NCBI RefSeq assembly: GCF_001194135.2
Contig: NC_068986.1
Coordinates: 3,140,197 to 3,204,196, forward strand
Origin: Octopus bimaculoides
Lineage: Eukaryota
DNA length: 64,000 nucleotides
Direction: 5' to 3'
Of this stretch, positions 54,760 through 64,000 are shown piece by piece. The notes below the pieces were generated by a model. The model did no database searches, had not been told where the DNA came from, and saw only the letters and a list, made by a program, of their open reading frames with translations. The first letter of the stretch is position 1. Every line of letters begins with the position of its first letter. Made by a program: the position numbers and the translations under genes.

Positions 54760-55200
54760 AATTAACAGCGGAACTCAAAGCAATCCAATGAAGCTACACA
54801 TGAAAATCATCTCAATGCAACGTATCAGCTACTGGGAAAGACTAAAGGAATTAAAACTCTTCTCCCTGGGACAAAGGCCGGAAAGATATGTAGTGATATA
54901 CATCTGGAAAATCCTGGAAGGCCTTGTACCTAACTTTGACATTGAAAGTTACACAAACAGCAGAATGATCCCAGCATCTCCATCAAACTACAAGACCAGA
55001 TACTGCAACAGCTTGGGTTTCAAGTACCCACAGCTCTTCAATATCCTTCCAAAATGCCTGAGAGACCTGCATGTTGTGGATGTAGGTGTCGTTAAAATAA
55101 AACTGGATCTCTTCTCTCAAGGGTTCCAGATGAGCCTACCTCATGGAAGGAAACACAGATGAGGGCAGCAGCATCAAATTCCCCCATTCACCAAATGCCA
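54760..55200 (+). mobile_element. CR1/L2-clade LINE 3' coding end
   Basis: SYWERLKELKLFSLGQRPERYVVIYIWKILEGLVPN...QLFNILPKCLRDL. Confidence 0.85.
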
Positions 55201-56504
55201 CATATTAAATGGTGTAGCACAGTATGACTGCAGCTTTGAAGCTGACCAATTTAAAGTTTTATGTAGTTTGACCTGTCCATTTATGCTATGTGACTTACTT
55301 CTAGAGATAAAAACAGCATTAAATTAATTTTGATACTTTAAACTCCTGGAGATCATCTAGCTGTGACTGACAACTGAAAGATTGTCACTTCGATGTTTTT
55401 TTTCAAAATTTATTTGGAGTCAAAAACCATTTTTTTTTCATAAGTTCATTTATTCAACTTAAGCCAAGAAAAAATAACTCTTCTAAATATTTGAAGATTT
55501 ATTTCCCTTTTTTCTTTAGCTAATGCGATTTCAATTTAGAAAACGTCCGTTTCTGCCGTTGATGGTTAAAAGTCTATCATTCCACAAAAGATACCACCAT
55601 ACAAGGTCAAGTATTACAAAACCATGAAATACAAGCATGAATTTTACAACTTTCTAGTTCTAGGAGAATAAGAAAAGAAGTAGCATGCATAGTGGAACGC
55701 CCGAACAAGGAAAACCTGTTCATACAAAAGTACACCACACCTTAATATACAAATTTGACCACTTCAATAATTATACGGAGGAGTTGTCCCCCTTGCCACC
55801 TATTACCTCCTTTGGTCTAGAGTCATTCTTATTATTCAAGCATCCAAAATGGTTAGACCCTTTTGTCACAAGAATTGATTACTTCATAATGTCCTTTCAA
55901 AAGGTAATTTAAATAGCGAAAACCGGTTGGATATCACTACATCCATAAAATATGTATATATTTTTTTTATTCCTTTATAAAAAGATATCAAACTGTGAAG
56001 CGAAGGCATTTCTCTTCCACTTTTTATGTTTTCCACATATTTTCAACTCATAATTTTGCCACGTGGTGTATACTTAATCTCCAGTATTTTTGCTCCTTTT
56101 ATATATATATATATATATGCACACACACACACACACATATACATATATATATGTCTATACATACATATATACATAAGTATATATGTATATACACACATAT
56201 GTATGTATGAATTTATACGTGTGCATGTGTGTGGGTGAATGAGTGTATTCCTAAGTGTATGCAATTGTTTAAAGACCCCATTAAAGTTAACATTTGAGAA
56301 GTTCACATTTCCAAGCAATCTTTTATACAACTAAATACATTTTAGATTTATATTTAATGCATTGAACTAAGTATGGTAAGAAGCTTGCTTCCCAATCACA
56401 CGGTTCGAGGTTCAGTCCAACTGCGAGATCCCATGGGTAAGTGTCTTCTAATATAGCCCCGGGCCGACCAAAGCATAATGAGTGGATTTGTTAGACGGAA
56501 ATTT

Positions 56505-57106
56505 GCAATATTGTTTTATTCATTTAGTTTTACATGTTTACTATTTTATCACCTTCGAAGTATTCTTCATTTGAAGCAATGCATCGGTCCAGACGCGTTT
56601 GCGAAGTGATGCCTTGTAACGCCTTCGTCGTGTTGTTTCTTCACCTCTTCCACATCTTCAAATTTCGTAGCACTAGATTTCGTTACCAGCAATGACCTTC
56701 GTAAAAAAGTCCGGTTCAACTTCCAACCGTTCTTTCAGTCGTGACTTTTTGATCTTCCGTGAGCAAGCGAAGCACGAATTTTATCTGTAACTCTTTTTAT
56801 TCGCAATTCATCGCTCAAAATTCGTTCGGAGGAGCTCCAGGACACACCAGTCATATCAACAAGTTCGTCAGTTTTTCGGTGACGATCTTCAAGGATCAGT
56901 TCGTGAATTTTCATGAGGTTTTCGTTCGTTCGGGAGGTCAATGGTCGCCATGAACGGGGTTGGTCTTCAAGCGAGAAATGACTATTCCTAAAGCGTGAAA
57001 ACCACTCGTAATCTTGTGTTTTGCTCATAGCAGCGTCCATGTAAGCTGTTTGAAGCATGACAAGTGTTTCGGCGGCCGTTTTCGCCTGCAGAAAACAGAA
57101 TTTCAT
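56505..57106 (-). mobile_element. Mariner transposase pseudogene with internal deletion
   Basis: N-terminal HTH KFCFLQAKTAAETLVML..EWFSRF..LEDQPRS.RP..ILSDEL; broken FVPRLLT and VIAGNE; then jumps to the C-terminal RLDRCIASNEEYFEGD. Confidence 0.9.
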
Positions 57107-57149
57107 AGGTGTGTGTGCGTGTGCGTGTATTTTTTCTGTGCTTTTCTTT

Positions 57150-58520
57150 TTTACTTCTTTCAGTCATTGGACTGCGGCCATGCTGGGACACTGCCTTGAA
57201 GGGTTTAATCGAGCAAATCGATCTAGTATTTATTCTTTAAGCCAGGTACTTATTAAACGGACCAGCACTGGTTATCAAGCGATGGTGGGAGACATACATA
57301 TACACAAATACACAGATGTGCACGCACATTCACAACACACACGCACATACTTATAGATAAACAGATAGATAGATAGATAGATAGACAGACATGCTTACTT
57401 CAGTTTCCGTCTACAAAATCCGCTCATCAATGCTTTGGTCGGCCCGAGATTATAGTAGAAGATGCTTGCCTACGGTGGGACTGAGCCCGGAACCATGTGT
57501 TTGGGAAACAAACTTCTTACCACACAGCCACGTCCATACATACACGCGTGTACCATCTCACGCACACACATATACACACACACACACACACATGCATACT
57601 CTCTCGCTCCCCCCACACACAACATACAGCACACCCACACATTCACCTCACCACGTTTACTCTTTCACGGAAACACGTACACGAACAACTTATTGGGAAA
57701 GGTTTATTAAAATAGAAAACTTATAAATGATCACAACAGCTTCACGTGACTAAAAGGGAAAAAATGACACAAAATAGGAGAATAATTTTGATTTCTCTTT
57801 TACTCTTTTACTTGTTTCAGTCATTAGACTGGGGCCATGATGGAGCTTCTGGTGTTAAAAATATTCTCTATTATATAGAATACCTGCTTTTTTTTTGTGT
57901 GTCCAGCCAGACATCATCCTAGCTTACTCACTGTAAATAATTGGAGTTAATTTTATTTAATGACTTTATCTTTTCCGTTGTCCAGTACAAGGACTGCGTC
58001 CACACTGGGACACTCGCCTTGAATAGTTTAACCGAACAAATCGACTCCTGTACTTATTTTTAAAGCTTGGTACTTATTCTATCGCTTACTTTTGTCGAAC
58101 AGCTAAGTTACGCGGACGTAAAGAAATCAACAAATATTGTCAAACAGTGGTAGGCAGACAAACACAAGCATAAGGACACACACACATTGATATATACATA
58201 CATATATACTTGTGTGTGTATGTGCATATATATAAATAAAGAAGTCTGTTGTGTGTGTGTATATATACACACACACACACGCACACATAGACAGATAGAT
58301 AGATAGAAAGACAAACAGACATACAGGCAAGCAGACAGACAGATAAATAGATAGACAGACAGATAGACAATGGACTTATTTTGAGCTTCTATCTACCAAA
58401 TTCATTCATAAAGCTTTTGGTCGACACAGGGCTATAGCAAAAGACACTTGCTTAATGTGCCACACTATGAGATTGAACTCGGAACCAAGTGGTTAGGAAG
58501 CAAGCTTATTACCACACAAC
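57150..58520 (-). mobile_element. Two or more family B SINE copies with retained CpGs
   Basis: Reverse-complement matches at about 57150-57530 and 57990-58520. Confidence 0.8.
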
Positions 58521-59240
58521 TAGGTGTATGCCCACAATAAGCATTTCCTCCTACTATTTTATTATCGTTTGTTTCTTTGAAATGTTTTCCGAAGAGCTAA
58601 CTGGGCAGACGGTATGTAATATCTTATGTGGAACTTTCCGGTCGTGTGCCATTATTAGAAACTAATATCCTACATGGAACTGGAGGAAGATAGTAAGGAG
58701 AGACAGTAACGAAAAACAGATTCGGGTTGCGTATTACGTAGCCTGAGTTCAAAGTTGACGTTGCGGAGAATTTTGACATTGCTGACGTAGATAATAAATA
58801 AATGGTGAGACTAATCGACTCGTATCAATTTGTGTGTGTGTGTGCTTGCTTTTGTGCGTCTGCGCGTACGTGTATAGAGTATTGAACAGTGGAACACATT
58901 GCAGTTGCACCACATCAATAATTTCTCTTTCTCTCTTTCTGACACTCCCCCTCTCTTTACATATATGTGTGTGTCTATATATATTTACACACACACCACA
59001 CACACACACACTAATATACGACAGTGTTCTTTCACTTTCCGTGTACGAAATCTACTCACAAGGCTTTGTTTTTTTTTTTATGTAAGCATTTAAAATTAAA
59101 ATTCTTTTAATTTCTTCAAATCTTTTAGATTTTAGGAAGTACATCGTTTTTTTTTTTCCAAATTTGATTATTCAGTTTTCGTCAAAGTACCTACAACTCA
59201 CGTACATCAGTGAGTAGTCGCATGTTTATATACATACATG

Positions 59241-59280
<40 letters not shown>

Positions 59281-59334
59281 ATGGAATAATTACTATGAAG
59301 CATTGTATAAAGGATCGTGGGTAAGGCCGAAACA

Positions 59335-59557
59335 ATGCAAGGTAAATCACAAGAAGACAAAATATGTGAATTAATGCAGACTTACCTTGTATTCAATATT
59401 TCGGGGTTATCAGCCCATTTTCAAGAAATCGGTTTCACACACGCACATCGGCAACATTCGTCTATTTCTTGAAAATGGGGTCATAACCCCGAAATATTGA
59501 ATACAAGGTAAGTCAACATTAAATCACATATTTGTTTTCTTGTGATTTACCTTGCAT
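59335..59557. repeat. Long inverted repeat: ~95-bp arms, 34-nt spacer; probably inverted PLE terminal repeats
   Basis: Arms 59335-59429 and 59464-59557 differ at about 7 positions by manual alignment. Confidence 0.9.
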
Positions 59558-59574
59558 ATATATATAGATATAGA

Positions 59575-59730
59575 TCGCTAGCCACCACACATTCTTTTTT
59601 TCTCTCCTTGTTTCTTTCTGTGTTCCTTTCTGTGGAAGAGCGTAGGCTCGAAATGTTAAAGACTTTTTCATTTCCCGAGCGTTATACGAATACATCTGTT
59701 TGTTGTCTACACCACCTGTCTTCCTCTGTT
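59575..59730 (+). mobile_element. PLE-derived terminal-repeat remnant with a degenerate minimal hammerhead motif
   Basis: CTTT-CTGTGGA-A-GAGCgtagGCTC-GAAATGTT-AAAG at 59626-59661. Confidence 0.55.
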
Positions 59731-61257
59731 GGTTTTTTTTTTTGAATTCTCCCTATATATATATANNNNNNNNNNNNNNNNNNNNNNNNNNNNNNNNNNN
59801 NNNNNNNNNNNNNNNNNNNNNNNNNNNNNNNNNNNNNNNNNNNNNNNNNNNNNNNNNNNNNNNNNNNNNNNNNNNNNNNNNNNNNNNNNNNNNNNNNNNN
59901 NNNNNNNNNNNNNNNNNNNNNNNNNNNNNNNNNNNNNNNNNNNNNNNNNNNNNNNNNNNNNNNNNNNNNNNNNNNNNNNNNNNNNNNNNNNNNNNNNNNN
60001 NNNNNNNNNNNNNNNNNNNNNNNNNNNNNNNNNNNNNNNNNNNNNNNNNNNNNNNNNNNNNNNNNNNNNNNNNNNNNNNNNNNNNNNNNNNNNNNNNNNN
60101 NNNNNNNNNNNNNNNNNNNNNNNNNNNNNNNNNNNNNNNNNNNNNNNNNNNNNNNNNNNNNNNNNNNNNNNNNNNNNNNNNNNNNNNNNNNNNNNNNNNN
60201 NNNNNNNNNNNNNNNNNNNNNNNNNNNNNNNNNNNNNNNNNNNNNNNNNNNNNNNNNNNNNNNNNNNNNNNNNNNNNNNNNNNNNNNNNNNNNNNNNNNN
60301 NNNNNNNNNNNNNNNNNNNNNNNNNNNNNNNNNNNNNNNNNNNNNNNNNNNNNNNNNNNNNNNNNNNNNNNNNNNNNNNNNNNNNNNNNNNNNNNNNNNN
60401 NNNNNNNNNNNNNNNNNNNNNNNNNNNNNNNNNNNNNNNNNNNNNNNNNNNNNNNNNNNNNNNNNNNNNNNNNNNNNNNNNNNNNNNNNNNNNNNNNNNN
60501 NNNNNNNNNNNNNNNNNNNNNNNNNNNNNNNNNNNNNNNNNNNNNNNNNNNNNNNNNNNNNNNNNNNNNNNNNNNNNNNNNNNNNNNNNNNNNNNNNNNN
60601 NNNNNNNNNNNNNNNNNNNNNNNNNNNNNNNNNNNNNNNNNNNNNNNNNNNNNNNNNNNNNNNNNNNNNNNTATATATATATAAACTCAAGTATTTCTTC
60701 ATTCTTTTACTTGCTAAGAAAGAAAAAAGAAAACAAGAAAGACATTATGATTAAAAAAAGAGTAAAATAAACTTTTAGTCGAAACCACGTGTACAACAGT
60801 AACCATAAAATGTACCGGAGTTAATGTCAATGTGTACACGTGTGGCTGGATACGTATAGTACACGACCGTACACGTGTAAGTTTTCTTGCCCAACACTTA
60901 CACAACACACATACATATACAACTCATGCACATACATATACAACACATACATATCAATACACAGAGCCATTACAAGCGAATCGATTTAATGTCGCTGTTG
61001 CAGTCAATATATGTAAAAGTTACAAAAAACACGAGATATTAAACACACTTTTAGCGCGTCTCCTTATCTTCGTGTCTGTTAAAAAAGAAAAAAAATGGTG
61101 GGAGTGGAAGAGAAAAAACAAAATTAATAAAACAACAAAACAAACAACACAAACAATAGAAAGGACAATGAGAGGTTGGAAGTGGGAAAGGTAGTGTCAA
61201 GCGATGTATATCATTGAAACACACACACACACACTATGCACATACATATATACACAA

Positions 61258-61469
61258 GTGGGGGTGCTGGAAAGTTCTTGGCTCTGGGTAAAAGAAAATA
61301 CAAGCGGATCAGTTGATTATGATTTTATTCAACATATCCCCCCCTCTCAGATTCACACTTTTATTGCAGTGGCCCTTAAGTTTTATTACTCCCTGTGAAA
61401 GAACTCGGAAGGATGGGTCTCCAGCCACGCCTTTCGTGACACCCTCAAAGCCAGAAACTTTTTTAGCAC
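61258..61469. mobile_element. Mariner-derived MITE
   Basis: Imperfect TIRs GGTGCTGGAAAGTTCTTGGCT / AGCCAGAAACTTTTTTAGCAC. Confidence 0.7.
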
Positions 61470-61554
61470 ACACACACACGCACACGCCTAAGAAGTGAGG
61501 TATATAATGAAGGTATCGATACGTGCACGTGTATGAATATATATGTGCACGCAG

Positions 61555-61589
<35 letters not shown>

Positions 61590-61814
61590 CATCACTGTCT
61601 GCATGTACGAGTATACGTATGCATGTATACACATATATATTGATAGCTAGCTAGATACATAGACAGACAAGCAAGAAGAGCAGAAGGACAGGCATAGAGA
61701 CAGATAGATAGATAGATAGATAGATAGAGACGGACGGACGGATGGTTGGATAGATAGATGTCTGACTGTCTGTCTGTCTGTCTATGAATCTACCTAGCTA
61801 TCAGTATATGCATG

Positions 61815-61847
<33 letters not shown>

Positions 61848-62454
61848 NNNNNNNNNNNNNNNNNNNNNNNNNNNNNNNNNNNNNNNNNNNNNNNNNNNNN
61901 NNNNNNNNNNNNNNNNNNNNNNNNNNNNNNNNNNNNNNNNNNNNNNNNNNNNNNNNNNNNNNNNNNNNNNNNNNNNNNNNNNNNNNNNNNNNNNNNNNNN
62001 NNNNNNNNNNNNNNNNNNNNNNNNNNNNNNNNNNNNNNNNNNNNNNNNNNNNNNNNNNNNNNNNNNNNNNNNNNNNNNNNNNNNNNNNNNNNNNNNNNNN
62101 NNNNNNNNNNNNNNNNNNNNNNNNNNNNNNNNNNNNNNNNNNNNNNNNNNNNNNNNNNNNNNNNNNNNNNNNNNNNNNNNNNNNNNNNNNNNNNNNNNNN
62201 NNNNNNNNNNNNNNNNNNNNNNNNNNNNNNNNNNNNNNNNNNNNNNNNNNNNNNNNNNNNNNNNNNNNNNNNNNNNNNNNNNNNNNNNNNNNNNNNNNNN
62301 NNNNNNNNNNNNNNNNNNNNNNNNNNNNNNNNNNNNNNNNNNNNNNNNNNNNNNNNNNNNNNNNNNNNNNNNNNNNNNNNNNNNNNNNNNNNNNNNNNNN
62401 NNNNNNNNNNNNNNNNNNNNNNNNNNNNNNNNNNNNNNNNNNNNNNNNNNNNNN

Positions 62455-62507
<53 letters not shown>

Positions 62508-63186
62508 TCACACACATTTATATGAAAAAGGGTGATATAAATATATATGTATACATATATGCGTGCATGTATGTATGTATGTATATATATATATTCTTTG
62601 TTTAGTTGATTGCGTGTTTACGATGTGCAGTTCTCAGTCAACGCATCGCACCGTAACAGCAGTTATTCCATTGACGTGTGTAACTTTGTGTTTGTAAAAC
62701 GTAGAGGAAGATAGGAGACAGGTTGTACAAAAAAAAGAAAAAGAGAGAGGAGGGGTGTATTGGAAATGGGGAGTGAAAGAGAGTAAATACACACGTATTC
62801 ATCTACGTGTAACGTGTAACGTGTACGTCCTTGTCTTGGTGGACTAACACGACCTTCCACTAAATGATCAATAATCGATTATCGTTCACCAACCCTAAGT
62901 CATTAACCATAGGTAACAGAGACACGTATGATCAAAGTCGTTCCACCACGACCACACTGTTCTTTACTCGGACATTGAATAAATACAACTACTTCAGGAT
63001 ATATTTTTAAAAATAGTTCTAAAGCGAAAGATTTGACTGCTATTTCTCACATGTTCACCACGTAGAGCAGTGGTTGTCAGCCATTTTTTTTGCCTTTGGA
63101 CGACCTCTTTGATTCCTGTATTATACAGATGGATACCCGTACCCATTCAATATTTAGAAGCATTGTACTATATTTTTATCATTAAT

Positions 63187-63353
63187 AGTTGTGGCTGTGT
63201 GGTAAGAAGCTTGCTTCCCAACCACATGGTCACGAGTTCAATCCCACTGCGTGACACCTTGGCTACGTGTCTTCTACTATAGCCTCGGGCCGACCAAAGC
63301 CTTCTCAGTGGATTTGGTAGACGGAAAGCGAAAGAAGTCCGTCGTGTGTGTGC

Positions 63354-63388
<35 letters not shown>

Positions 63389-63608
63389 TAGATAGATAGA
63401 TAGATAGATGTATATGTTTGTATGTCTGTGTTTGTCCCCCCACCATTGCTTGACAACCGATGTTGGTGTGTCTACGTCCCGTAACTTAGCGGTTGGGAAA
63501 AAGTGACCGATAGAATAAGTACTAGGCTTACAAAGAGTAAGTCCTGGTGTCGATTTGTTCGACTAAAGGCGGTGCTCCAGTATGGCCGCAGTCAAATGAC
63601 CGAAACAA
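63187..63608 (+). mobile_element. Near full-length family B tRNA-derived SINE with retained CpGs
   Basis: GTGGCTGTGTGGTAAGAAGCTTGCTTCCCAACCAC...GGCGGTGCTCCAGTATGGCCGCAGTCAAATGAC. Confidence 0.9.
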
Positions 63609-63624
63609 CCAAAAGAATATCCGA

Positions 63625-63775
63625 CGGGCTTCTTTCAGTTTCCGTCTACCAAATCTACTCGCAAGTCTTTGGTCGGCGCGAAGCTATAGTAGATGACACT
63701 TGCCCAAGGTGTCATGCAGTGGGACTGAACCCGGATCCATGTGGTTGGGAAGTAAGCTTCTTACCACACAGCCAC
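63625..63775 (-). mobile_element. Family B SINE 5' half, antisense
   Basis: Reverse complement of the head of the adjacent copy. Confidence 0.85.
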
Positions 63776-64000
63776 TCTTACGCCTGTGTACAAAAATTTG
63801 TATAAAGCCGTATGAAACATTGTTAAAATATTTTATGTGTTGTAAGTATAACCAATTTATTGCACATTAATTTTAACATCTAAATCTTTTATGGCCCTGC
63901 AAGGGTCATGTAGCGTAGAGGCTCCTTCGTTGATTCGTATAAATGATAACGCAGGGTGTTGGGGGCTTGGCGGAATTGGTTAAGCAACAGAAAAAAAAAA

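Noticed and set aside
55520-55903. Plus-strand segment bounded by a good acceptor and donor
   Set aside because: All frames are closed and there is no partner exon; it cannot be distinguished from chance.
63187-63260. tRNA genes
   Set aside because: The tRNA-like A/B boxes are SINE heads; there is no full cloverleaf.

Overview
Eukaryotic genomic DNA: AT-rich, dense in repeats, with seven assembly gaps. The SINE and LINE families present point to an octopus (coleoid cephalopod) genome; this is inferred from recognised repeat families, not from a search. No complete or identifiable host protein-coding gene is visible, and nearly all ORF-track entries are microsatellite, gap or transposon artefacts. 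Repeats present: decayed non-LTR retrotransposons (RTE, CR1/L2-like, R4/Dong-like), Penelope-like element (PLE) remnants, an internally deleted mariner, MITEs (hAT with an 8-bp TSD, piggyBac with TTAA, Tc1/pogo with TA), tRNA-derived SINEs, an 18-bp minisatellite and many microsatellites. CpG content is blocky: depleted at about 1-38 kb and 45-55 kb, retained at about 39-44.5 kb and 55.5-64 kb. The 39-44 kb block holds a likely minus-strand promoter and several well-formed small exons that look like a multi-exon 5' leader with short uORFs, leading into the left part of the window. At 59.3-59.7 kb, a roughly 93%-identical long inverted repeat carries degenerate minimal hammerhead-ribozyme motifs plus a splice donor in each arm, and a second hammerhead-like relic lies beside it.
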